From Bacillota bacterium (GTDB lineage: Bacteria > Bacillota > Sulfobacillia > Sulfobacillales > JAIMBI01), in NCBI GenBank assembly GCA_021846505.1, contig JAJZWV010000002.1, positions 46,163-110,162 of the forward strand: a stretch of 64,000 nucleotides of DNA, in the 5' to 3' direction. The notes under the pieces were generated by a model. That model saw nothing but the letters and a program-made list of their open reading frames with translations. It was not told the DNA's origin and did not search any database. Below, piece after piece: positions 46,268 to 56,559 of the stretch. A program made the position numbers and the translations under genes. Every line of letters begins with the position of its first letter. Within the stretch, counting starts at the first letter, position 1.

Positions 46268-47134
46268 TTGGGATCCATCATTCGTGCCGAGTGGGCCCGC
46301 AGCATTCGCACCTGGCGCTGGTGGCTGGCGGTGGCCACGGCCCTCCTGCTCCTCCTCTTCACCGCCGTGCAGTACGCGCAGCCGTGGTATCACGACCCCA
46401 CGCCGCGCGCCGTCAACTTTTTCAGCGTTACGGTCGAAGCGTTCGGCGCGTGGCTCACAGCGCTCTGGCCGGTCCTCGTGCCCGTCGTCGCCGCGCTGCC
46501 CGCGGGGGATAGCCTGGCCGTCGATCGGCAGCGGGGCCTGGATGCCCTCCTCATCACGCGGGTAGGCTGGGGCCGGTACCTGTGGGGCAAGTTGGTGGGC
46601 GCGGTGCTGATGGGCGGCCTCGCCATCGCGGTAGCGGTGGGAGTGGCCGAAGGGCTGTTTCTTCTGCTGTTCCCCCGGGCGCTGCCCAAATTCTTGGGAT
46701 GGGTGGTGAACCCGGCGCTGCCGTACCGGGAGAAAATTTCCGGCTTCTTTGCGGACATCTACGCCACGCAATTTCATGTGCATCTGTTCTGGGGTGCCCC
46801 CGGGGTGTATGTCGTGCTGGTGGTGGCGGGAGCCTTGGCATCGGCGCTGGCGCTCGCGGCCCTGGCCACCACCTCCGCGGTGTGGGTGCGGCGGCCGCTG
46901 CTCACCTTGGCGGTGCCGGTGATTTTGTTCCTCGTCGGGGACGTCGTGACCCTCGCGCTGGGCAACCGGTACCTGGTGCCGTCAGTGTACGCGGGCGCCT
47001 ATTTGTCGTGGCACCCGTTCATTGGACCCTGGACGGTGCTGGGCTTGTATTGGGCCGTCCCCCTGGCGGCGTCGGCCGCCATCATGGGCTGGATAATGCG
47101 GTGGCATCGCGAATGGCCAAGGAGTGTGCACTAA
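46268..47134 (+). CDS. ABC-2-like membrane protein
   Basis: The start was moved to TTG at 46268, after GGGGAGGAG. 288 aa and multi-TM. Confidence 0.7.
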   Translation: MGSIIRAEWARSIRTWRWWLAVATALLLLLFTAVQYAQPWYHDPTPRAVNFFSVTVEAFGAWLTALWPVLVPVVAALPAGDSLAVDRQRGLDALLITRVGWGRYLWGKLVGAVLMGGLAIAVAVGVAEGLFLLLFPRALPKFLGWVVNPALPYREKISGFFADIYATQFHVHLFWGAPGVYVVLVVAGALASALALAALATTSAVWVRRPLLTLAVPVILFLVGDVVTLALGNRYLVPSVYAGAYLSWHPFIGPWTVLGLYWAVPLAASAAIMGWIMRWHREWPRSVH

Positions 47135-47826
47135 TGACGACTGAGGCGCCCCGGATTATTTTGCAAGGGGTACACAAGCGGTACCAAGGCCGCGACGTGG
47201 TGCACGGGATTGATTTGACCGTCGCCCCGGGGGAGGTGGTCGGGCTCATCGGCCCCAACGGCTGCGGCAAAACCACCCTCCTCAGGATCGTGGCAGGCTT
47301 GGTGCAGCCGACGGCGGGCACCGTGACCGTGGGGGGACGGCAGCTGGCCGACCTGCCCGGCGGCGTGCCGGAGGGCCTCGGCGTATTGTTTGACCCCCCC
47401 GGGCTGCTGCCGCACCTCAGCGGCTTCGCCAATCTGTCGATGCTCGCCTCGATTCGGCGCGTGATGACCGACACCGAGGTGCGCGCGTGGATGCAGCGCG
47501 TCCGCTTGAATCCCGATGACAAGAAGCGCGTCGGGGCGTACTCCCAAGGCATGGTGCAGCGCTTGGGTATTGCCCAAGCGCTTATGGAGGCTCCCGACGT
47601 GCTTCTCCTGGACGAGCCCACCAACGCCCTCGACCCCGACGGCGTGGAATTGGTTGCGTCCCTGATTGGAGAAGCCCAAAGCCGGGGCGCGGCCATCTTG
47701 GTGGCCAGCCACTACCTCGAAGAGGTCAGCCGGGTGTGCACCCGGGTCCTAAAGATTGCCGAGGGACGGCTCATCGGGGCGGCCCGCGAGGATTTGGTGC
47801 GCACGCCGGCGCCGGAGCTCCCATGA
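47134..47826 (+). CDS. ABC transporter ATP-binding protein
   Basis: Walker A GPNGCGKTT, signature YSQGMVQR, and Walker B LLLDEPTNALD. The start overlaps the previous stop (TAATG). Confidence 0.9.
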   Translation: MTTEAPRIILQGVHKRYQGRDVVHGIDLTVAPGEVVGLIGPNGCGKTTLLRIVAGLVQPTAGTVTVGGRQLADLPGGVPEGLGVLFDPPGLLPHLSGFANLSMLASIRRVMTDTEVRAWMQRVRLNPDDKKRVGAYSQGMVQRLGIAQALMEAPDVLLLDEPTNALDPDGVELVASLIGEAQSRGAAILVASHYLEEVSRVCTRVLKIAEGRLIGAAREDLVRTPAPELP

Positions 47827-48602
47827 CGACGCGCACCATAGGGGTGAACCTGGGGGTGGCACTGGGCGGGCGCCGGTGGCTGTGGCTTGTCGGCGGCTTG
47901 GCCGGGCTGTGGCTGTTCGCCCGCCACCTCACCAACCCCTGGGACATTGTGATGTCGGCCACGCAGCAGAATCCCGTGACCTTTGTCGTTATCCCGCTCT
48001 ACCTCTTCCTCCAGCCCGCGGACCTGCTAAACCCCTGGCAGAGCCTCACCGCGCTCCGCCTCGGCTCCACGCGGGTGTGGTGGTGGACCCATGTTGCGGC
48101 GGCCGGCCTGTTGGCCGGGCTGCTTGCGGGCGGGCTGGCCGCCGCCGCCGGGATCGTGGCGCTGGCCAGCGGGCGGTGGAGCTGGCGTTGGGGCCGCTTC
48201 GGCCACCTCAGCGAATATCCGGCGGTCTTGGCGCGCGAGCCTTGGAGCGTGCCGTGGCACTACGGGCTCATTGCCCTCGGATTCCTGTTCGGGGGTCTTT
48301 GGGCGGTCGGCGTGCTGCGCTTGGCCCTCACGCTCTGGTGGCAGGGCCCGTGGATGGCGTGGCTGGCCGTGGTGACACTGGGCCTTCTCACGGTGGCGCT
48401 GAGCAACACGGTACTTCAGGGCGTGGTGTGGTGGCTTCCCGGGGCGCAGTTTAGCTTCTACTATCACTGGACGCCGGTGGGGTCGCGGACCGTGAGCTGG
48501 ACCCTGGGGTACACGCCGCTGCTGGCCACGGTCGCCGCAGCCGCGGGACTGTGGATGGCGGACCAGCCTCCTTGGCACGCCCCTCAGGGAGAGGCGCCTT
48601 GA
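47823..48602 (+). CDS. Membrane protein (transporter subunit, family not recognised)
   Basis: ATGA overlap with the ATPase gene. 259 aa, Trp-rich and multi-TM. Confidence 0.65.
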   Translation: MTTRTIGVNLGVALGGRRWLWLVGGLAGLWLFARHLTNPWDIVMSATQQNPVTFVVIPLYLFLQPADLLNPWQSLTALRLGSTRVWWWTHVAAAGLLAGLLAGGLAAAAGIVALASGRWSWRWGRFGHLSEYPAVLAREPWSVPWHYGLIALGFLFGGLWAVGVLRLALTLWWQGPWMAWLAVVTLGLLTVALSNTVLQGVVWWLPGAQFSFYYHWTPVGSRTVSWTLGYTPLLATVAAAAGLWMADQPPWHAPQGEAP

Positions 48603-49330
48603 GGCGCCGAGCGGCATGGGGCACTTTGGCCCGCAACGACTTGCGGAACTGGCGCGCGCAGGTGGCCCCCTGGGTGTGTGGGATCCTGGCGGTGGGGGCG
48701 GCGCTGCTGAAAATCACCGGGCCGGTGTCCCACTCTGTGGTCCGCCAGGCCGTGGGCGGGCCCGCCGTGGTGGCGCTGGGCGGGCAGCTCCGCGCTGGCC
48801 CCGGCTGGACATGGTTCCTCCTGGCGATCCTGTTTGTCGTGGCGGCGACCGGTGTCATCGATACCCCAGACGCGTGGACACACTTGGCCGTGATTCGCGG
48901 CGCGCCCCGCCGGCGCTTGGCTGGGGCACGCCTGGCGGCGTTGGCCGCCGGGGCCGCCCTGTATGCGGTGGGTCTGCTGGCGGCCCTGGGTGCGGTGGCG
49001 TTGCGAACCTCGTCCGCGCCATTCCTGCAGCCGGCCACCCTGTGGGGCGTCGGGGTCTGGGTGCTGGGACTGGTGAGTCTCGGCTGGTTCGCGCAGGCGC
49101 TGAAGGCTCTTACTCGGCAGGCCTGGCCCGCGCTTGTCGTGCCCCTCATTTTGCTGGCCGCGGCCCGCTACGGCGGCAACGTGTCTCCCTACGTCCCCTT
49201 CGCGCAGTGGATCGTGGCGCTCCATGGGCTGCCGGGCACGCTCAGTGTCGGCAGCGGGGCGGCCTACGTACTGGGCTGGCTGGTGCTGTCGGGCGTCGTG
49301 GCCGTGTGGGCCGCCGGGCGGCAGGACTAG
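48599..49330 (+). CDS. Membrane protein (transporter subunit, family not recognised)
   Basis: TTGA overlap with the previous gene. 243 aa and multi-TM. Confidence 0.6.
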   Translation: MRRRAAWGTLARNDLRNWRAQVAPWVCGILAVGAALLKITGPVSHSVVRQAVGGPAVVALGGQLRAGPGWTWFLLAILFVVAATGVIDTPDAWTHLAVIRGAPRRRLAGARLAALAAGAALYAVGLLAALGAVALRTSSAPFLQPATLWGVGVWVLGLVSLGWFAQALKALTRQAWPALVVPLILLAAARYGGNVSPYVPFAQWIVALHGLPGTLSVGSGAAYVLGWLVLSGVVAVWAAGRQD

Positions 49331-49561
49331 CCCGGCCAGGGAAGAGCCGGCGCAAGCACCCTCAACCGCGCCGTGCCATCGCTTAAGCTACTGCCATGCG
49401 CACAGTGCATGCGCGGCCGCTGGCCCGTCCAAAGGGGTCGACGCGAGATTGCCGCCGGGAAGACCCAATCCCCTCGGCGCCACCCGGGCTCCGTCCGCGA
49501 AAGCTGATTCCATGCAAATGACGACCCCTCTTACCGATTTTGTTGCAGAGCCCGGCCGAAT

Positions 49562-49590
49562 TTGCCACGGCGCTGCCCGCGTGGTATGGT
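49562..49590 (+). promoter_or_regulatory. Sigma-A-type promoter upstream of the ribosomal-protection pseudogene
   Basis: TTGCCA (49562-49567), a 17-nt spacer ending in TG, and TATGGT (49585-49590). This is followed by a 100-nt leader. Confidence 0.5.
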
Positions 49591-49694
49591 AGCTCGGTAC
49601 ATGACATCCGCGGCGATAAGGTGGTGATTTTTCATGGCGCGAGCGTTCATGCCCGTTCAGACACCCAATCTGATCAGCGTGGAGGCATGGACTC

Positions 49695-51691
49695 GTGACA
49701 GGAAAGCACCTGAACCTTGGAATCCTCGCGCACGCCGGCGCCGGCAAGACCACTCTTACTGAGCGCCTGCTCTATGAGTCCGGTGCCATTGCCAGCATTG
49801 GCAGCGTGGATGCCGGCACCACCCAAACGGACACCCTCACCTGAGAGCGCCAGCGCGGCATCACCATCAAGGCGGCGGTGGCGGCATTTCGGCTGGGCGA
49901 TGTGCACGTCAATCTGGTGGACACCCCCGGCCACCCTGACTTCATCGCGGAGGTGGAGCGCGTACTCCACATTCTTGACGGCGGGGTGCTGGTGGTGTCG
50001 GCCGTCGAGGGCGTGCAGCCGCAGACCCGCATTCTGATGCGCGCCCTGCGCCGCCTCGCGGTCCCCACGCTCCTATTTGCCAACAAGATTGACCGGCCGG
50101 GCGCGAGCGCCGAGGGAACGCTCCGCGCCATCGGCCAGCGCCTGACCGACCGGGCGGTCCGCATGACCGAGACCAGCGCGCTGGGCGGCCAAAACGCCAC
50201 CGCGGCCGCGCTGGGGCCAGTGGCGGCTCCCTTCGCGCGCGAGCTGACCGACGTGCTGTCACGGAGCGATGACCGCGTCCTGGAGGAATACGTGGGCCAC
50301 AACGGACACGTCCCCTACGGCCGCTTGCGCCAGGCACTCGCCGAGCAAACCCGACGCGGCCTGGTCCACCCCGTGTTCTTCGGCTCGGCGCGCACGGGCG
50401 CCGGGATTTCGGACCTCATGGCGGCGATGGCCGAACTGCTCCCCTTGAGCGCCGGGCCCTCCGCCGGGCCGTTCGCGGGCACGGTGTTCAAAGTCGAGCG
50501 GGACCAGCGCGGCGGCAAGATTGCCGACGTGCGGGTGTTCTCCGGCTCCCTCCGGACCCATGGTCGGGTGCGCACGGGTGATGGCACCGAAGGCAAAATC
50601 AGCAGCATCGCCGTATTCCAGCCCGGGGCCATCAAGCGGCAAGCGGCTGCCGGCGCCGGGAACATCGCCAAGGTGGGGACCTCGCCGCCGTGCGGGTCGG
50701 CGAGGTGCTTGGCCAGTCCCAGACCTCCAGCCCTGAGTATCACTTCGCACCGCCCACCCTCGAGTCCCTGGTGGCTGCGGTCCGGCCGGCGGACCAGCGG
50801 CACCTGACTGCCGCCCTCGCCCAGCTGGCCTAGCAAGATCCCCTGATTGGGGTGCGCCAGGACGACTCCCGCCGCGAATTGTCGGTAACCCTGTACGGCC
50901 AGGTCCAGCAAGAAGTTCTTCAGGCCACGCTGGCGAATGACTATGGCATCTCGGTGGCATTCGAGGCGCCCACCCCCCGCTACGTCGAGCGCCCGATGGG
51001 CATGGGCGAGGCGACGGAGGTGCTCCAAAACCCCGCCAATCCGTTTCACGCCACCGTGGCGCTCGCCATCGCGCCCGGCGCCCCCGACACGGGCGTCACG
51101 TTCCAACTTGCCGTCGACCACGCGGCGGCGCCTCTCTATCTCTATAAGACCCTACAGAACTTTGAGGCGCGGATGACCGACTACGTGCGGGCGTCGCTGG
51201 CGGAGGGGCTTTCTGGCTGGCCCGTGACCGACTGTCTCGTGACGATGACCGAATGCCAGTACATGGGGTCCGACGGCCCCCCGGCGATGCGCGGGCCCCA
51301 TCCTACGGCGGCGGACTTTCGCGCCATTACCCGCGTCGTGCTGCTGCGCGCGCTGGCGGAAAGCCACACCGTGGTCTGTGAGCCCACCCTGCACGTGGTG
51401 CTCGAGATTCCGCAAGCGTCCCTGGGCACCGTCACACCGGTGTTGGCTCGCCTGGGTGCCGCAATCCGCGAACCTCGCGTCCACGGCGAGCTTGCTGTCC
51501 TGGAGACGGCGCTCCCCGTGCGCCGCACCAACGAACTGCAGCGGCAGCTCGCCTTCTTGACCGGTGGCGAAGGCGTCATGGAGGCAACTTTCGCCGGCTA
51601 CACCACCGTGCGGGGCGAACGCCCAACGCGCGCCGGCGCCCTCGCTGCCCCAGGCAACAGCACCAAGCCCGAACGGGGGATCTCGATCTGA
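49695..51691 (+). pseudogene. Tet(M)/Tet(O)-like ribosomal-protection GTPase (EF-G-like) with 2 in-frame stops and 1 frameshift
   Basis: The G1-G4 region reads [26 protein letters not shown]...[12 protein letters not shown](49842-49844)-ERQRGITI...DTPGHPDF...NKID. A frame change occurs at about 50671-50680 (run GTGGGGAC), and a TAG at 50831-50833 interrupts ALAQLA-*-QDPLIG. The C-terminal domains are intact in ORF 50852..51691. Confidence 0.8.
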
Positions 51692-52736
51692 CCCCTGGCC
51701 CACGCGCCGTAACCGTCAGACGCACACCGTGCGCAGCATCTGGAGGGCCGCCCTGCCGAGCGGTGCCGATCACTCGCGCGGGCGGCGTTCGATGGACGCG
51801 ACGAGCGCCATGCCCGGGGCCCTCCATGCGAAGGCGGCTGCACAGAGTCCGAAGCCTACTGCCTCGCGTCGTTCGACTTGCTGACAAACCAGTCCCCGGG
51901 GGGATCGTGGCCACCAGTGCCACAAGGCCGCAGTGGCGAGAGGGGTTGCCAGGGCCAGGGGCGACCGGGATCCCAAGCCCACCCCCACCGCGGTGCTGAT
52001 GGGCGGGTCGTTTGCCGCCACCGCCCTCCTGGGCGCCCCAGTCTGCTCGGGCCCGGTGGCAGCCCTGTCCTGGTGCCGGCGCCGTGCTGTCGGCCACCAG
52101 CTGCTGCAACAGGGCGGGCTGCGCGGCCGCGTCCGCCCACGCGATCGCCGGCAAGCGCCGCTCCGCCTCGTCAGCGCGCGGCAGCGCCGGCGCGGGCCGT
52201 CCCTCCGCTAACCCCTGCCGCAGCACCCCCGCGATCGCGCGGCGGATCAGGTCAGCGTCCTTCGGCGCGCGGCGGCGCCAACCGCGCCCGGCTCGTCTCG
52301 GTTGCCAGCACCCACCCCCGGTACGTGCACACGGTCGACCGGTCGATCTGGATCTCGGGGGCTGCGGGAGAGCCCCAGGGCAAACGGGTCATCCCAGGAG
52401 CACTGGCATGAGGGCGGCTCGCGCGACCGCGCCGCCCTATGGGGCCCAGACCTGTCGGGCCCGGCTCTGGGTGCACCGAGGACGCGTGGAATGACTGCCT
52501 GCAGGTCGTGGCGTGGCAGGACCACCCGCCGCGGCACGTGGCGCACGAGGCGCGGGAGTTGGCGCAGGCCGCGGCGTGGTTGAGGGGGCACGACCAAACG
52601 TGGCATGAGGGGGATCCGGGCGTGTGGTGCGCCTACGTGCGGGCCCTGGCCAGCTTGGAGCGCGACCGGGCCGCGCGCCTTGCGGTGCACCGGGCGTATG
52701 CGTTCTGGCACTGGGCTCGCGCCCTTGCCGCACCTG

Positions 52737-52931
52737 GGCATGCGAGGGCAGGTGGATTCCGTGTGGTTTGCGCGTCAGGAAACCCCGGTGGTGGACTTCG
52801 GCCCCGGGTCTTGGCAAGCGGGGAATGTGCACACGCCGGATGAAAACATAGCGATCGCGGATCTCCTCGAGACGACCAAAGTGCTTGTGTCCACCATCCT
52901 CCGGCTGGTCGACCATCCCGCGGCACACTGA
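52737..52931 (+). pseudogene. C-terminal fragment of an M20-family peptidase/deacylase (ArgE/DapE-like)
   Basis: VDSVWFARQETPVVDFGPGSWQAGNVHTPDENIAIADLLETTKVLVSTILRLV matches the M20 C-terminus (TD..f....P.v.fGPG....aH.pdE.v.i.dl). No matching N-terminal or catalytic domain lies upstream in one frame. Confidence 0.6.
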
Positions 52932-53545
52932 TGGGCGTCTCAGCCGCTTCCCCCGATCTCTGGCTGGCGACGGGCATCACCGGCCGGCGAGCAGGCCGCG
53001 CCGCCGCCGTCATGCACCCCGGATGGACCGCTGCACCTCATCCCCTGCGGTGCACCAAATCATAACCGGGGCCGACCAGGGGTGGCCGACCGGGGCCCCG
53101 CCTCCTTCCGTCCTTTCAGGCCCGCCCCGCACGTGCTTGTTTGCCCCCGAGGCCCTGGCTAGGAGTGCGTGTTACCTATCCTCGAGTCCATGACGCGGGC
53201 CGCCCTGCCTTTGTCATGGGCCGGTCCTCACGGGTGCCGTCACTCCCCTTGCCCCGACCACGCTGCCGCGACACTCCCTCGTGCTGGAAGACTTCTCTTG
53301 CGTTCCCGGCCGCCGTCAATGCCGGGGACCGCTGCCGCTTCTCTCCTGCTGGGCCATCCCGCGGGTTTCAGCATACGTCCGGTGACGTACGCCGCAGTTG
53401 TGCCTCTGTGCAAGGAGGCGACCAAGACGGCCGGGGAGGTGTCGCCAGACGACGAGTTCCGTTCTGGCCGTGCGCGAGGCCAGCCTGGGGGAGCTCGCGT
53501 CGCTGAGCGCGCCGTGGAAGCCCCCTGATCGGTGGGCAGATGCCT

Positions 53546-53885
53546 GTCATGCCGCTGTAGGCTGCCCTGGGAATCGTGCGCGCTTTTGTACTGCGCATGG
53601 GGCGGGCGAACCAGACTCAACTGCTCTTTTAGCGGGACGACCTCCGGGAGCCTCACTACTGTGGCTGCTTCGTCGGCATCGCCACCCGCGTTCAGGGGCA
53701 GGGGCTCGGTACCGCGTAGCCGGGCCCCACGCTCGAGCGTTGCGACCGGGAAGGATTGCCTGCATACCTCGAAGCCAGCCGGGAGCGCAGGGCGGGGCAG
53801 TACGAGCGGACCGGGTTTGTGGACCTCGGGGAGGCGCGGTCGCCGGATGAGCCTCCCTACTGGCCGATGCGGCGTCCTCCGCGCG
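53546..53885 (+). pseudogene. GNAT acetyltransferase pseudogene with several in-frame TAG codons
   Basis: One frame reads ..HYCGCFVGIATRVQGQGLGTA-TAG-PGPTLERCDREGLPAYLEASRERRAGQYERTGFVDLGE...PYWPMRRPP, giving GNAT motif A and the C-terminus. It contains three TAG stops, the first at 53558. Confidence 0.55.
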
Positions 53886-54481
53886 GAGACTATCGCGCAC
53901 GAGAGCACGGGGCTGAGCCGGAACCTGGACACCGCGGCGACGGGGTCGCGCTGGGTCGAAAGCTCTACGTGAACCGCCCCTGGCGATCCCGAAGCCCCTG
54001 CCGGGCGCCTCCCCCTCTTGCGCGAAAACCTGCTTGAGGGGCCGACCCGTCCGGCTATGGACGGCCGGTTTGGCTCCCGCAGCGCGTTGGGCGCCACCTA
54101 CGTGAGCACCCAGCATCGCCGGCCTGGGGCTCGGGACGCGCACCGTCCACCGCATCGCGGTCTCCGCCGCCGCCTCCACCTGTTCTGGCCTCAATCCCAG
54201 CACCGTCGCCAGATCTGCGCGACACTCCTCCATAGCAGGAGCTCCCTCGCGTGTTGACTTCAGCTATCAACGAATTGGGCATGCTGTCGGTTCTCTCCTG
54301 CTGGCCCATCCCAAAGGTTTTATAGAGCCTTCTCCCTGTTGCATTTTTGTTTCCTCCGTGATAGCGTCGTGGCAAATCCATATCTCCTGACAAGGGCAAA
54401 ACCGCCGAAAGACGGTGGCGCAAAACCACGGGCCTAAATTCGCTTGCGCGGACAGGGCAGCCGGGTTGCCGTATTTCCGCC

Positions 54482-55723
54482 TTGGGCAGGAAACGTAAGG
54501 GGCAACGGGTTGTGAGTTCTGGATCTTTCTCCGGACGAGGTGCTTCGCTTTATGCCCTGGCCGCCTCGTTCATGGCCACCACCGTGTTCGCGCTATCGCT
54601 CTCTGTCAATCCTCCGGTGGCTCAGGCACATGCCGGTGTGCACAGAGGGGCTGCGGTTGCGGATCGCGCTGCCACGGATCTCCATCCATTCGGCACGGTG
54701 CTCATGGGCAGGCGCACGACGCAAGTGGAGCCGGCACAAAGGATCGCTACAACCAAGCCTGCAACGTCCAAGACGCGCCCGGCGCGCAGCGTCCCCGCGG
54801 CGGCGGCGGCCACGACGCCGTCGAACGCAGCGACAACCCCCGCGCCGTCTCGGGTGCCACCCCCTGCCCCGCCCAAGAACGAGTCGGGCGGCGCTGCTCC
54901 GCCCTCAGCAGCCGCGAACCCTTCACCACCCACGACCGCCGGTGCGCCGGCTGTCCGGGCGCTGTGGCAGTGGTACACGGGGCTCATTGTCTCCGCGCCC
55001 CAAACGCTGCTGTCGTTCGCGGCCGCCCATCAGGTCAATGTGATCTATCTGCAGGTCAACCAGAGCATCCCCCAGACTTCCTACGCCGCCTTCATCCAGG
55101 CGGCTGGCCAGCACGGCGTCAAGGTGGTGGCTTGCAGTGGAGCGCCGACCTGGGGAACACGTGCCGGACAGGGACAGTTGCTGTCGTTCGTCAGTTGGGT
55201 CGGCCAATACAACGGCGCACATCCGTCCGCTCCGTTCGCCGGGATCAATCTGGATATCGAGCCGTACCAACTGCCCGCGTGGACCAGTTCCCAGGCGACG
55301 GTCGTGTCGCAGTGGATGGCCAATGTCGACGCGGCGGTCGCGCTGGCTGCCCGCAGCAGGCTTGCCGTATCGGCGGCGGTCCCCTTCTGGCTGGATACCA
55401 TCCCGGCCGCTGGCGCCGGAGAGCCGCTGGGTCTCTGGATGGCCCAGCACACCCAGCAGTTGGTCATCATGGCGTACCGCAACGCGGCGGCAGGCGTTAT
55501 CGCCGTGGCGGCGGCGGAACTGAAGGATGGGGCCCAAGTGGGACGACCGGTGGTGGTTGCGGTAGATACCACGAACAGCGGCCCCACGACGAGTTTTAGC
55601 GGCGACACCCAACCCGAACTGGCGACCGCCCTGTCAGCGGTTGCACGCAACCTGGCCGCGACCCCTGCCTTCGCGGGATGGGCGGTCAACGACTACACCG
55701 CTTGGAGCCAGATGGCGCCGTAG
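54482..55723 (+). CDS. Secreted protein: signal peptide, Pro/Ala/Thr-rich linker, and a TIM-barrel-like glycoside-hydrolase-like domain
   Basis: Signal ALAASFMATTVFALSLSVNPPVAQA, then low-complexity PAPS... Alternating beta/alpha-like segments follow, with INLDIEPY and LVIMAYRN, reminiscent of exopolysaccharide (EPS) hydrolase-like TIM barrels. The family was not firmly recognised. Confidence 0.65.
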   Translation: MGRKRKGQRVVSSGSFSGRGASLYALAASFMATTVFALSLSVNPPVAQAHAGVHRGAAVADRAATDLHPFGTVLMGRRTTQVEPAQRIATTKPATSKTRPARSVPAAAAATTPSNAATTPAPSRVPPPAPPKNESGGAAPPSAAANPSPPTTAGAPAVRALWQWYTGLIVSAPQTLLSFAAAHQVNVIYLQVNQSIPQTSYAAFIQAAGQHGVKVVACSGAPTWGTRAGQGQLLSFVSWVGQYNGAHPSAPFAGINLDIEPYQLPAWTSSQATVVSQWMANVDAAVALAARSRLAVSAAVPFWLDTIPAAGAGEPLGLWMAQHTQQLVIMAYRNAAAGVIAVAAAELKDGAQVGRPVVVAVDTTNSGPTTSFSGDTQPELATALSAVARNLAATPAFAGWAVNDYTAWSQMAP

Positions 55724-55939
55724 CATGGTCGCGATCGCCCCGGGCAAGCCTGGCGATGGCCGACACTGAGGGCCTATGGCACGACGGGTAGGTGGACGTG
55801 CCACCCCCGGGCGCTGCAGCTTATGGCGTCGGCTCGGAAACCGTTCGCCATTTGACCCGGCTGGTGGAGCGGGTGGCCGGCACGACCACGCCCGCCAGGG
55901 TGATGGCCGACGCGCCCAGCATGCGCCGCAAGACCCCTT

Positions 55940-56520
55940 ATCGGTGGAGAGAAGCAACCTGCCAGCATCCAGTCGAGCCCTTGGCGGGCCAGGCCCCCTC
56001 CGCATCGACGACTAGCGGAGGCGGGATTGAGAGCAGACGACCCACGATCTCCCAGGGAAGAACACCATCCTGAGCGCCATCCTCAAGAAGGCGCCGCGCA
56101 TCTTCTCCAACGGCCAGACGTCAGGTCGCATTCATTCGCGACCATCGCTTCCGCTTCGCTTCTCGGTCACGAAGAGGTGTCCGGGGCTGCAGCTCTCACG
56201 CAGCGGGTATTGGGCATGGGCGGCGCGGCGGCTCAGCGCACAGGCGTCGGCCGGCAGGACCCACTGGCGCGCACTCGGACGATCAATGCCGAGGCGGCAG
56301 GGCGTAGGGCAGCCCCACGATTGCGGCGGTGCTCCAGCGCGCGGGCCAGCGGATTGCCCTGAACGTCGTAGCCGCCGGGCTATGCGCGGGCGGCCCTCGG
56401 CAAATATATCGAGGCCGTCTACGACCGGCAGCGCCTGCACAGCGCTGTGGGATGGCCGCCACCACACTCACCGCCTCACCGATGCATTCCCTATTTTTCG
56501 GCTGTTCACGATCTTGGCTT
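55940..56520 (+). mobile_element. IS3-family transposase (rve integrase core) remnant, multiply frameshifted
   Basis: Tail motif KYIEAVYDRQRLHSAVGW (..YIE.fYN..R.HS.LGY) at about 56400-56460. Weaker SMPRRQG (SMSR.GN) and NLPASS..(NLLAR.F) similarities lie upstream in other frames. Confidence 0.45.
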
Positions 56521-56559
56521 AAGTCCAGTGGCCGGCTATGTGGCTGTCGTGGATTCCTG

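Noticed and set aside
49601-49627. The 8-codon uORF (MTSAAIRW) as a proven attenuation leader peptide of the Tet-like gene.
   Set aside because: It has no Shine-Dalgarno and I could not find a convincing terminator/antiterminator pair downstream. It is kept only as a remark inside the pseudogene finding.
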